Part shown: piece by piece, positions 26,975-40,300 of the stretch
Numbering within the stretch: the stretch's first letter is position 1
How the letters are laid out: each line of letters starts with the position of its first letter
Assembly (NCBI GenBank): GCA_951406725.2
Contig: OX597815.1
Location: forward strand, 38,750,001-38,814,000
Length of the DNA: 64,000 bases
Direction: 5' to 3'
DNA from: Octopus vulgaris
Taxonomy: Eukaryota
The notes under the pieces: model-generated
What the model saw: only the letters and a program-made list of their open reading frames with translations
The model's database searches: none
What the model was told of the DNA's origin: nothing
Made by a program: the position numbers and the translations under genes

Positions 26975-28559
26975 TTATTTTTTTAAATGGAAGAAAGCAA
27001 AGTTGGCTGCATAGCGTACAGAACAGAAGCAAATGCAGCAAAACATTTTGTCTGATAGCGCAACGATTTTGTTAATACAACACCATAGTTCTTTTAAAAA
27101 GTTTGTTAACAGTTTCTAATTTAGAAACAATACCAGAAATATTAAATGGTAGGGATTAGTTGATAGAATCATCGATTTTAATTCATCTACCCCCAAAGAA
27201 TTAAAGACATAGTCGACCTCGGAATGATTTAAAATTAAGACAAAAAGAGCTGGAAGAAATGCCGCTAAGCATTTGTTTCCTTTCTGAAATTTTGTTGGGG
27301 GATAGAGTTTGTCGATAGCCTCAACACCTGCGCTCAACTGATACATGTTATTTTATTGACCCCGAAAGGATGAAAAGCAATTTGAACTCAAAATATAATG
27401 TGCTGGAAGAAATACCGCTCTGTATTTTATCGGCCGCCCTGACGATACTTTCAGTTTACTGTATTTAAATTGTTTTGAAATAACTAAAAACAAACTTTTA
27501 TATGTTTTAAAGTATATTTATTTTGTATATTTTCCGCGTATTTTTTTTCTTTCTTTTTTTGGTTTATAAGAAAGAAATAGACTTCATAAAATTCTGTAAT
27601 ATACTGAACAAAAGCTGGAAGCTAAATGTATTTACTCATGAAAATAAAGAATGCAAAACATCAGTGTGAGTTAATTTGGGATATATTAATGTACTGGGTA
27701 ATTCTGTTTATTATGCCAAATAATTATACAAAAATATGGAAAGAAAATTTCGAGCGTAAATCTTGTTCGAAACCGATTTTTCCCATCGGGTTCTTTAGGA
27801 AAACCAAAGCAGGCAAACCTATTTTGCATTTGTGCATTCAAACTGCCTTTATTTATTTATTTATTTTTTTTTTTTGTAAATTTGAATATTCTTTTTGACA
27901 ACTTATATAAAAGTTAGGGAGACGTTACAATTTTTTCCAAAATTTCAATTAAGGAATTCGCTTCTGGTTCAATTTACTGCAACATTTCTTCAATTCCTCT
28001 TTTAACGGAATGATCTTTAGCAACATTTTGTTAGCATGCATGGGGTAATATATTCATTAAAAGTTTTATTATTAAAACTAAAAAGTGTTCTTGAGGTAGT
28101 GCAATATTTTAAATCCCTTGGAGTTGGAGTATTATCTAAAATTTGGGATCTTATCCATTTCATTCGCAGCGTTCACTTTATCCAATTTCCTTCACTGATG
28201 TAGTTTTGCATTCTAATTACGAAACTCATTAACATTTTATACAAATTAATAGTTACAAATCTTTAAAGTTTGAAATTTTTGATCATTTTTTCAGTTGCAA
28301 ACCTCTAGTTTCGAAATACCGGAAGCCACAACGTTCATTTGTTGATGATAAGGTAATTGAAACATTACGAAATCCTGACATTTATTTTTTTCTTTTTAAT
28401 GAATAAAAAAGAATAAAATTTCTAATGAAAGAGAATTCGATTACGAAACCCCTTTAGAGATTAAAAAATTAATAAAAGAAATGAAAATGTTACAAATGAT
28501 TTAAATATAGAAAATTTGGTGAAAACTCTCGAAATGAAAGAAAGAAAACAAATCCGGAA

Positions 28560-28760
28560 TGAAATTGTATGATGCACTCAAACAGTTTGTGGAAGATTTG
28601 TGCTTCTTTTAATGTGCACTGCCACATGAACTCTACGAGATATAAGTCAATTATAGAACGATGAGTGCCATTGAATTGTTTATTTTTTAGTTTGAAGCAG
28701 ACCAAGTGCTTTCCGTTCTGTAACTTGACAAATTTAATAATGTAGTTCAATGTTCCATAC
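28560..28760 (-). mobile_element. possible Merlin/IS1016-like transposase remnant
   Basis: GTHRSIIDLYLVEFMW resembles the C-terminal G..L..YL.EF.W motif; no TIRs found. Confidence 0.4.
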
Positions 28761-31480
28761 TGAAATTGAAACGATTATATGCGTGGTTTGAACGTGTATG
28801 TTCACCACAAGTCATTGTATATAGTGGTTTCCGACAGAAATGACTTGGTACACTTCTCCAGTGTGAAGCGCTTACGACATAGCACGGCATATAGAAACAG
28901 CCAGTGTGTTTCGCGACCCACACTGCCATAAACCCACCCTCCCTCAATTTATACTTCATCTCTAGAACACTGTTTCATCAATTTTAAAATCTGGTCCAGA
29001 ACCACATCACTTTTTAGTTGTGAACCTGGGCCTATCCACATAGCTATTATGATCAACGGTTGTGTCGTGGATCATGCCCTACTTCCCACCACAAAATCAG
29101 ACCATGACCAGTTCCACGAACCATAAATAGAAGAACAGAGCTACGGTTCTAAAACCATGTGCCTTTTCTTTTTCACAGACAGGAGTTAGTTACATCTAGC
29201 CCTGTTACGGGGCTAGAAGAGGCTGCCGTGAACTAATGTCATCCTTATAGCACATCAACTGCGACACATCAACGGAATTATCCCTTTCTCTTGAAAATAA
29301 AAAATCTAGCCACGTTCTTTCCATCTTTAAATTCTTCAATACTATTTCGAGATTCAATGTTTCTACACACTCATAATAATTTGCTTTTGAAAAACATATG
29401 GCGAGCACTGATTGAAAAACTTGATCGAACAAGTATGAGATGAGAGATGTTGCATCTTTGAAAACAGACAAGTTCGACATCCAGCATGGCGATAATGAAG
29501 ATTTCCGGCTGGATAAAATTAGCATAAATTTAAAACTTTAATGCAGTGTAACGTTTTATTATTATTATTAATTTTTGTAATAATTATTTTGAGTCTTGCA
29601 ATTAGCATGCAAAACTACATCGGTGTAGAAAATTTGAAGAAAATCAAACACTGAATAAAAGAGAATAAAATCCAAATTTCTTAGAAATTCATTCGGAAGT
29701 GAACTTACGATTTCCTTTTACAATTCGTGGCTTCCATTTTTCGTGAACTTGAAGAAAATACTCGTTTGTGCATTATAAATCTAAATCTAATTCTCTTGAG
29801 AAATAAGTTTCAAAACTAAATCTTCTTGAATGAGATTTCAGACAATCTAGCTCGCATAGCACGCTAAATCACCTTTCACATTAATATTTGCTAAGTTATC
29901 TCCCACGTAAGTTTTGCTTTCTTCATTTTGCTCATCTTCACAGTATATGTCCAGTTTTATATTATAACTTGCAACATTTGTTCAATAAATTATAGAATGT
30001 TATTACGCTTATGCATTTATTAATTTCCACTTAGGAAATTTAAAATAGACATTATTTACATTTGACGGATATTTGTCCACATTTTGTTTGTTGTTAACAC
30101 AATGTTTCGGCGGCTGATATACCCTCTAACTTTCATCAAGTGCCTTGGGAAAATTTCGAACCTGGGTTCTCATCCCTAAGGTATTTCTCGATATTGTTAT
30201 TATTATTATTAAGGTCACTGCCTGGCATCGAACTCGGTATCTAGGGGTTAATAACCCGCACTTTTAACCCCCTACACCATATGCCCGTGGGAAATTATGG
30301 AGTGAATTTTAGGGCTCATAAATCTAATATTTTTCTATCCTTCCTTAATACCGGTTCCCATATGCTATTCAAATCTGCACTCGGTCTGCTTAGGAGGTTT
30401 TGTGCCCTAGAATATGTGCTGCTTCTTTTAGTTTTCGCATTTTCCAGTGGTGTTCTCTGTCTATATATCCGTCAAATGTAAATAATGTAAAAACTATCTA
30501 TTTGAGTATGGACACTGATATATCAACATAAAAAGGGTTTAGCTATGGGTTCGTCATTATCACCGATAATAGCCAATATATACATGGAATACTTCGCAAA
30601 TTTTGACATTAGGATCAATATCACTAAAACCAACCCTATGCCTCGATATATTGATGACACCTGTATTCTCTGCTGTTAGATCATGTGAACTCAATAAAGC
30701 AATCCATACAGTTCACAATGGAAAAGGAAAAAGAGTATCAACTAGAATTACTGGACATATTAATAACATGCACCAAGTATGGATTCGGGACATCCGTATA
30801 CCGCAAGCCGACCTTCACTGGACGATACCTCAACTTCAATTCCCACCATCCATACAGTGTAAAGAGAGGAATTGCTCAGTACCTCGAGCAAAGAATATAA
30901 GTAGCGATCGAGATACCCACCACGAGAAAATGATCAAGCTCCGTAACAATGTATTAAGCAACAAATACCCCCAAAACATACTATCCACTCCAATTATGAA
31001 GAAAAGAGAGGATGCAAACAATAAATTGTCTACAGTCTATCTACTCTATGTGAAAGTATTCAAGAGTAATACAACACTTCACAAATATCGCCTTCGGCTA
31101 AAACCACCAGTAGAAGAGAATAATGACGAAATACTTCGTGTACCCAATCCCATGCAACTGTGGTAGGTTATACAAAGGTGAAACATGCCGCTCCCTCAAA
31201 ATAAGGGTAGACAAACATCGCAAAGCTAACACAAGAAGATATTGATAAATCGGGTATAGCAGATCATGTATGGAAAAACGGAGACCACCTCCCCCTGTGG
31301 GATGAAGTTAAAATAATAGACAGAAATACGAAACTAAAAGAAGCAGCACATATACTAGGACACAACCTCCTAAGCAGACCGAGTGCAGATATGAATAGCA
31401 TATGGGAACCGGTATTAAGGAAGGATAGGAAAATATTAGATTTATAAGCCCTAAAATTCATTCACGCCAGAATTGCCCAC

Positions 31481-31550
31481 GGGCATATGTGTAGTGGTTA
31501 AGGGCGCTGGCTACTAACCCCAAGATTACGAGTTCGATTCCAGGCAGTGA

Positions 31551-31553
<3 letters not shown>
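31481..31553 (+). promoter_or_regulatory. tRNA-like Pol III A/B-box module in PLE pLTR (also ~37068-37140 +, ~30210-30290 -, ~34950-35030 -)
   Basis: tagtggttaag A-box, ctactaa loop, gagttcgattcc B-box, followed by (AAT)n. Confidence 0.7.
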
Positions 31554-31587
<34 letters not shown>

Positions 31588-31635
31588 GTCGAAAAATATC
31601 TTAGGAATGAAAACCCAGGTTCGAAATTTCCCCAA

Positions 31636-31681
31636 GACACCTGATGAAGGCTGGAGGGTTTATCAGCCGAAACGTTGTCTT
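31636..31681 (+). ncRNA. minimal hammerhead motif in PLE pLTR
   Basis: gacac-CTGATGA-a-ggctg..cagcc-GAAA-cg-TT-gtctt. Confidence 0.75.
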
Positions 31682-32507
31682 AACAACAAACAAGATGATG
31701 ACAAATATCCGTCAATTGTAAATACTACACATAATTCCTCATCACTAAAATATAGGACTGTTGAACAAAAATATTTTTAGTATTTTAAGCTGTTACAAAA
31801 ATTAATGTCCACGAATATTTTGCTCAGAGGATTTATTAGTTTTAAACCAAGTGCGACATACTGGCAGAATCATTAGTGTTGTACAAAGTGCCTTGCGGTA
31901 TTTGCTGCTAACCTGAGTTCCGATCCTTCTGAGGTCAACTTTGCCTTTCATGCCTGAGTGGTCAACGAAATAAAGTACCAATCAAGCACTGGTGTTGATT
32001 TAATCAACTGACACCACCCTGTCAGTCTCTGTGCCACTATTAGAAGCAAATGGTACTTACATTTATCTGTAGGTTAGGAAGAATATCAAACTAGAATTTT
32101 ATGTATGCATGTGTTCTCATGCACTTGTGATGAACAAATAACTGATTTCTCCTGTGTGCAAGATATAAGAGATTCTTTTACATTTTTCCGATATAATTAA
32201 ATCTATGTTTAACTGAGTTGGGAGATGGATGTATTATCGTTAATAAATTCTTTACTTTTTTCCATACACTCAGGATGTTATAGTTGGCAATTCAAAACTT
32301 CATATCGTTTAATCTCTTTATTACTGATATTGTTTTCTTGTAATGAGCTGAACTTTTCACCTTAGTCATTTATCCTTGTTGAAAATAAGATACTTCTTGA
32401 TAAAGAAATTAGTAAAAATCAATATGAAATAATCTTGATAATCACTTAGATCATTTCAATTCGGTAATGATAAACAAGAAATCTAGTTAATAATAACATT
32501 AATTATA

Positions 32508-33444
32508 CGTGGTCTGATCAATAAGTATCTGGAATGTTGCCATTGTAACGACGCTAAAGCACGCAGGATAAAGCCGCTTGGTACATATTGACCTTGAACT
32601 TTGTTGTGCATGCGCACTAAGTTTTAGGATTCCAGCTCACTTCCGCTGTTTAAGGCAGCGCTTGGAAGGGAGGTATGTAGCCTGTGATCGCTGCATTGAC
32701 CATTACAGAGAGAGTTGAGCGGAGAATCTGCATCAAATTTTGCCAAAAGCTTGGCGATACCCGATCAGAGGCCTACGCAAAGTTTTCAAAAAGTTTTCAT
32801 CTTTCTCAAAACAATGAAGGAGATCTTGTACAACTGAAACCCGAGTGTCATTTTGGTCAGCTGAAAGTAATTTTGCCACAAACTTGGCAGACACGCGTCT
32901 CATACCCAAATCTTCAGTGATAATGGACTGAACTGAACTGTAACTAATCTGCACATTCTCTAATAACTCACGGATGGGGATTCGACGATTTCCCCTCATA
33001 GCTGCACGCACATCTGCGATGCTTTTCCTCAGCTCTGCTGGTTGCGCGTCTCCTAGAACGTTCGTCAATATCGACATTTTTTCATCTTGGAAGTGTCTGA
33101 ACCACTCGTACACTTGTGTGCAGCTCGTGCACTCCTCTCCATACACTTTCTGCAACATTCTGTAGGCCTTTGGGCAAGTATCGCCATGACAACTTCCTTT
33201 GCCATGGTCAATGAGATGATCACACTCTACACACCTTCCTTTAGCTGCAAAATGTCGATATTGACGAACGTTCTGAGAGAGCCGCAACCAAGTACTGATG
33301 TAAACAGCGGAAGTGAGCTAAAACGTTAAACCTTAGTGCGCATGCACATCAGTATTTAGCTCAATCTTTGCCAAGTGGCTTTACTCTGCGTGCTTTAGCT
33401 TCGTTACTATGGCAACAATCCGGATACTTATTGATTAGACCTCG
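32508..33444 (-). mobile_element. rearranged mariner made of two inward-facing 5' ends
   Basis: TIR cgtggtctgatcaataagtatc / gatacttattgattagacctcg, TA TSD; transposase N-terminus (ICIKFCQKLG; VYEWF..F; MRRVSAKFV.KLL) from both ends. Confidence 0.85.
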
Positions 33445-33664
33445 TAATGTCAAGTTTAGTGCAGACGAACTACTTCACCACTCCATCTTTACTTTACAGA
33501 CATTTATTTAAAACCCCGTTGTCCATGTATTTTGACCTATGTATGACTTTAAACTGCACTAGATGGTGGAACCTTGGCTCGGAAGTTTCAGGTTTTTCAG
33601 AAGTGTGGAACCACCTCTCAACCATTATTGTTCCTAGATCTGCTCTGACCCGAAGTGATATCAC

Positions 33665-34025
33665 CAGACACCCGTTTTGGTGGAGCTTTCCAGCCCTGTA
33701 AGGCAGTTCCCTAGAAGGTCACTCCAATGTAAAACCTACACTTTTCTGGTCACCTCCAGTGACCTTAGCCTGCTGACCCGATGTATGCAGATCTCCAAAT
33801 CAAAAGAGTGGGATCGGACTGCGCGGATGACTCTCACGTTAAAGCTGCGAAGCGCAAACTGGAGGTACAGCAGAGCTTGTCATTCGAAGATCGGTTTACA
33901 TAGCCACTTGAGGAAGTGCTGCTGTTCCACTTCACCTTTGAGCGTGAAGGGGCTCCATCGCAGTGCACCATTTCCTTCTTAAACCTATTGATTCTGATAT
34001 GGGGAAGGCTTGGCTACTGTTCTAC
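33665..34025 (+). mobile_element. decayed 3' end of RTE-clade LINE
   Basis: RACHSKIGLHSHLRKC resembles the RTE C-terminal zinc-finger motif. Confidence 0.55.
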
Positions 34026-34286
34026 CTTTGAGTAATCACGTAGATACTCACTCGTTAATTAAACTAATTCTATGGGGTAAATGATCCACTTCATTTATGT
34101 GAAAAGAAAATCTAAGGACTCAGTCTTCTGTGATGCGGCTGTAGACAAATTGTTACATTAAAATATGTTTTATCTCAATACTGAAAATTTAACTTGACTG
34201 ACAATTTCGGTTTAAATTTAGATTTAGACTTCGGCATTACAGAGAAATTTTATGAGTTATGTCTTCCAGTGTAATACGCTTAGCGT

Positions 34287-34340
<54 letters not shown>

Positions 34341-34714
34341 GTATATATATATGAAGACGACTGTCTAAATCTTGATAAATTTCAATGGATATACTATAAA
34401 TATCTTTAAAAAGAAGGACACATGACAGTACCAGCAGATGTTGATGCTGTCAAACAAAGAAGATACTTTCTTTTATAAAAGCGGATTAAATATTAGTATA
34501 TTTTAACGTCCATTAAGTTTAGCTAACGAAAATAATACAGTTCTTCGTTAAGGTAAGTGATCAAATCCCATTGGCATCACATTCACCTTTTATTCTTTTG
34601 TGGTTAAAATATTACTAAATTAACGTACAGTGTTGGTACAGCTGATTCCTCCGCAACAATTGCTGCCTCCCACTGACGTAATGAATCTTTTAATTTTATA
34701 TTCAGGCAACTTTT

Positions 34715-37328
34715 TTCACATTATTTACATTATTTACATTTCACTGATATTTATCCTCATCTTGTTTGTTGTTAACACAACGCCTCGCTGATATACCCTC
34801 CAGCCTTCATCAGGTGCCTTGGGGAAATTTCGACCCTGGGTTCTCATTCCTAAGGTATATTTCGATATTAGTATTATTATTATTAATATTTTTTATTATT
34901 ATTATTATCATTATTATTATTATTATTATTATTATAATCATCATTATTCAGGTCCCTGCCTGGAATCGAACTTGGAACCTTAAGGTTAGTAGCTCGCGCT
35001 CTTAACTACTGCACCATATGCGCGTGGGCAATTCTGGAGTGAATGAATTTTAGGGCTTATAAATCTAATATTTTCCTATCCTTTCTTAATACCGGTTCAC
35101 ATATGCTACTCATATCTGCACTCAGTCTGCTTAGGAGGTTGTTGTGTCTTAGCATTTGTGCTGCTTCTTTTAGTTTTCGTTTTTTCCAGTAGTGCTCTCT
35201 GGCTATTATTTTAACTTCATCCACAGGGGTAGGTGGTCTCCAGTTTTCCATACATGATCTGCTATACCCGATTTATCAATATCTTCTTGTGTCACAGCTT
35301 TGCGATGTTCGTCTACTCTTATTTTGAGGGGACGGCATGTTTCACCTTTGTATAACCTACCACAGCTGCATGGAATGGAATACACGCAGTCTTTGGTCAT
35401 ATTCTCTTCTACTGGTGGAAATGCTACAGTGATGATACTACAGTGTGATGAACAAGTCTAACTACTCTAAAAAATCGGCAAATCCTATAAGTGATGGTAA
35501 CTACAGAAAAGAAAAGAAAAGAAAGACCCACCTTTGAAAACAGAGAAAGTTGTCACAATCCTTGATCAAGAACAATGAAGTACAGGCAACTGACTCAACA
35601 CTACAGTAAACTACCACACATGTACAGTCTTCCTAAGATTCACAAGGGTGCTATTCCATTAAGACCTATAGTGAGCTGTAGTGGTTCAGCATGTCATCCA
35701 CTGAGCCGCTTCCTTGTGGATATAATCAGTCCATTAGCAGGAAAATCAACATCGTACGTGAAGAATTCCACCCACTTCACAGAATTGATCAAGAGTACAC
35801 CCATTGAATTCAACCAGATGGAGAGTCTAGATGTGATAAGTCAGTTCACCAAAGTCCCAACTGGTGAAGCACTATCTGTGATTCAAGAAAAAGTAGTGAG
35901 AGACACCCATCTAAAAGAACTCACTATTATACCAATAAGAAACTTGATGGAAATGTTGACCTTCTGTGTAGGAACTACTTACTGCAGTATGGACACTGAT
36001 ATATATCGGCATAAAGAGGGTTTGGCAATGGGTTTGCCATTATCACTGATACTAGCCAATATATAGATGGAATACTTAGAGAATTTTGGCTTTAGAATCA
36101 ACACAAACTAAAATCAGACCTATGGCTGTGATATGTTGACGATACCTTTATACTCTGGCCCCACCAGGAAGATGTCCAAGTGCTGTTAGATCATGTGAAC
36201 TCAATAAAGCAATTCATACAGTTCACAATGGAAAAGGAAAATATAATCAGCTAGCATGGACGTACTAATAACGTACTAATGGACGTACTAATAACACGCA
36301 CCAAATATGGATTCAGGACATCCGTATACCGCAAGCTGAACCTCACTGGATACCTCAACTTCAATTCCCACCATCAATACAGTGTAAAGAGAGGAATTGC
36401 TCAGTGCCTAAAATATCGTGCAAAGAATATAAGTAGCGATCATGATACATACCACGAAGACATGATCAAGCTCAGTAACAATGTATTAAACAACGACTAC
36501 CCCAAAAACATAATATCTACTCCAATTATGAAGAAAAGAAAGGATGAAACCAACAAATTGTCTACAGTCTGTCTACCCTATGTCAAAGTCGTCTCCGAAA
36601 ATATACAAAAGATATGCAGCATAGGACAGTATTGAAGAGTAATACAACAATTCGCAAATATCTCCTTCGAGTAAAACCACCAATAAAAGAGAATATGACC
36701 AAAGACTGCGTGTACTCCATTCCATGCAGTTGTGGCAGGTTATACAAAGATGAAATATGCCGCCCCCTCAGAATTAGGGTAGAGGAACATCGTAAAACTA
36801 TGACACGAGGAGATATTGATAAATGGAGTATAGCTGATCATGTATGGAAAAATGGAGACCACTGCCCCTGTGAGTTGAAGTTAAAATAATAGGCAGAAAA
36901 CACCACTGGAAAATACGAAAATCAGAAGAAATAGCACATATCCTAGGACACAACAACCTCCTAAGCAGAGCGAGTGCAGGTATGAATAGCATATGGGAAC
37001 CGGTATTAAGGAAGGAAAGGAAAATATTAGATTGTAAGCCCTAAAATTCACTCCAGAACTGATCGCAGGCATATGGCGTAGTGGTTAAGGGCGCTGGCTA
37101 CTAACCTCAAGATTCTGAGTTCGGTTCCAAGTAATGATCTTAATAATAATAATGATAATAATAACCTTAGGAATAAGAACCAAGGTTCGCAATTTCACTA
37201 AGACACCTGAAGAAGGCTGGCGGATATATCAGCCGAAACGTTGTGTTAACAACAAACAAGATGAGGACAAATATCCGTCAACTGTAAACAATGTACATAA
37301 TTCCTCATCTCTTAGATATAGAACTGTA
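34715..37328 (+). mobile_element. Penelope-like element (RT + GIY-YIG, pseudogenised) with inverted 5' copy of its 3' end
   Basis: LPKIHK..PLRPIVS, GLAMG.PLS..LANI, YVDDTF, VYSIPCSCGRLY; 34715-35420 is the reverse complement of ~36680-37300. Confidence 0.93.
37202..37247 (+). ncRNA. minimal hammerhead motif in PLE pLTR
   Basis: gacac-CTGAAGA-a-ggctgg..tcagcc-GAAA-cg-TT-gtgtt. Confidence 0.8.
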
Positions 37329-37494
37329 TTAACTTTTTTCATTGTCAATCCATATCACTGGGAATTTATTCTAACCAGCCTTTCTTTTGTTTTTGTATTT
37401 TATTCAGCTTCCGCTAATTATTGCAATATCTTTAATCATTTATAATTCATGTTGATATCTCACTTGTTTTACTTTGATCTCCCTTCCATATTTC

Positions 37495-37566
<72 letters not shown>

Positions 37567-37949
37567 CTGTCTCTTCCTTTTTCTCTCTTTTTCTTCCGGT
37601 CATTTCATTTTATTAATCTATCCTTTGACCTTTAATTTGAAGATAATCATCACTTGATGTGTTCCTGCCGCTTCATTATAAAACCATTATAGCCTTTCCA
37701 CTGAGTACAATGGAGAGGTTGTTATGTAACACAGGTTAGCCTTATTCAAGCAGTCGAGGTGCTTCACACACACACACATACACACACACACACATCTATT
37801 TTTTCCGATTATAACATATCTGAGAAACATGCAGCACCCTCTGTAGCGATGAAGCATATAGTGTTTTGTGTGACAGTTCAGAGGTTGAACTCATTCTATT
37901 GCCCAGTTTATCTCGGTACTGCCAGTCATCATCATGATGACGATGATCA

Positions 37950-38169
37950 TGGCAGAAACGTTTGCACGCCGGGCGAAATGCGTAGCCGTATTTCGTCTGC
38001 CGTTACATTCTGAGTTCAAATTCCGCCTAGGTTGACTTTGCCTTTCATCCTTTCGGGGTCGATAAATTAAGTACCAGTTACGCACTGGGGTCGATATAAT
38101 CGACTTAATTCGTTTGTCTGTCCTTGTTTGTCCTTTCTGTGTTTAGCCCCTTGTGGGTAGTAAAGAAAT
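37950..38169 (+). mobile_element. tRNA-derived SINE inserted in a (GAT)n tract
   Basis: Near-identical to 8740-8957; gatgatcatgg on both flanks. Confidence 0.9.
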
Positions 38170-38664
38170 GGATGATCATGGTGATGATGATGATGATGAT
38201 GGTGATAGTTGTGATGTATTACTTGTTACCTTGTATTGTGCACTTTAAATGTATTCTCTGTAGAGCTGTAACTTGTAAACAGTACTTACTGTCTTTTTTC
38301 ATGCTGCTTCTCTTGCAATTGCTGATGTTCTTGATGATGGTGATTATACAATTTCTGAGTCTGAAATTGTGATAACAAAAATGTTTCAAAGATCCTCTGT
38401 AAACACAACTTTAATGGCATCTTTATAGCAATATGTTCAGTAAATATTGCGTCACAGCCTCAATACATTGAAGACTGCACTTTACAGAGAAATTAATGGA
38501 TAGATAATTGAAAATATAAAAAAAGATAACAGTTAAAACAAAATCCATATTCAATTTCTTTGACATTTGTTCATGTGGATGTTAGGCCTAAGAGAACTAA
38601 AGCATTTTAATAAAATACGTAAGCATATATACATTTACATATATATATGTGTGAATACATCCAG

Positions 38665-38715
<51 letters not shown>

Positions 38716-38951
38716 TTGATATACGCACATATTTGTATACATATTTACTTAAAGCTATATGTATATATATATATGTATGTGTGTATGTACGTATGTATAT
38801 GTAATGTGTGTATATATATATACATATATATAAATACATATACATGTATATATATATGTATATATACAAGCATATATATATATATATACATATATACATG
38901 CACATATATACATATATATACATATACATATACATACATACATATATATAT

Positions 38952-39063
<112 letters not shown>

Positions 39064-39071
39064 GATAGATT

Positions 39072-39219
<148 letters not shown>

Positions 39220-39304
39220 TACGCATATGAAAATAAGGAGATAGTACGGAGAGCTTCTTATGTGAAGAGTGAATTAATAATTTATAAATTCTTTATATAT
39301 TTCG

Positions 39305-39550
39305 ATTAAATCACCATCAGCAACAACCCATCTACCGAGGGAAAACTGTTCACAGCTGATAAGAGACCAGAGATCATATATATATCTTCCTTCCGGATCA
39401 CAACTTGAAATTTGTTAACAACAACAATCTTACATCCGCTACCATTCATGTCAAGGAGCGCAACATCGACTTTTTGCCGATGAAGGAAGCCATTTTCATT
39501 CAAAAAGAAACTAAGCCTAAAGACCAATCGGAGTTAGACCAATGGTTGAT
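39305..39550 (+). mobile_element. decayed RTE-like LINE fragment
   Basis: Weak similarity to the post-RT region (LG..IT, F.R....KKLSLKT). Confidence 0.35.
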
Positions 39551-40229
39551 ATAATCCGTCTGCCACCACTCGCGTTTCCAAGGACGTTACTATTGCTTCC
39601 ACAGCTACTGCTGTTACTACTACCACTGCAACTACCACTAAAACTCCTACTGCACCCACTACTGACAATCCTTCCGCTACTGCAGCCATTACATATGCTG
39701 TCGCTACTACGGTGACTACTTCGAGAACCAGTATTATTCCCACCACTATCATTATTACCACTAGTAAGAATACTACAGCCGCAGCCAATACAACCACGAC
39801 TATCACGCAGCTGCGTCTAGTACCTCAACACACTCGCTACCCCCAGCTTCTACCAACTCTACCCCTACCCTTTCCTTCGACGACTGATATTTCCCAGCAA
39901 GAAAACACATGATGATTTCTGGTTTCTGATACTGCGTTGCCTACTTTTTCACTGCAGATGAGTGATTCTTTCGAAATGTGTAAGGAATAGATAGATTATT
40001 AATTCTCTTTTTTCATTGCAAGAAGCTCCCTATATGATTTATTGCTTCCTTATATCATAATGTGTGTGTGTGTGTGTGTGTGTCATAAACAGCGGTTTGC
40101 AAAGAGAATTACAAATGTGGCTAGGGTGTTAGGAAACACCTACATTGCTAGAAATAAGAGCTAAACCGCTCTAACGCACATGAATGAAAACATACACTAA
40201 CAGGGACCATAATCGTCCGAAAAGTGCCG

Positions 40230-40300
40230 ATCGAGAATTCTTCATACTGACGCATCAGTCTCGGCAATTACCGTTGCCTCATCAGTTAAGGCCGCTCGAT
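40230..40300 (-). ncRNA. type I hammerhead motif with full stem III and extended stem I
   Basis: atcgag..cttaa-CTGATGA-ggcaa cggtaa ttgcc-GAGA-ctga tgcg tcag-TA-tgaag..ctcgat. Confidence 0.75.

Larger units (their letters stand above)
30050..31760 (+). mobile_element. 5'-truncated Penelope-like element with inverted 5' pLTR
   Basis: GLAMGS.LSP..ANIYME, FTMEKE, VYRKPT.TGRYLNF.SHHP, GIY-YIG remnant; 30050-30460 is the reverse complement of ~31310-31730. Confidence 0.9.

Noticed and set aside
31481-31553. Functional tRNA gene with ACT anticodon
   Set aside because: Acceptor and anticodon stems pair poorly, no T-run terminator, embedded in a repeat; treated as tRNA-derived
39534-39912. Thr/Ala-rich mucin-like ORF
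   Set aside because: Degenerate (ACT/GCT)n low complexity with no splice or domain support
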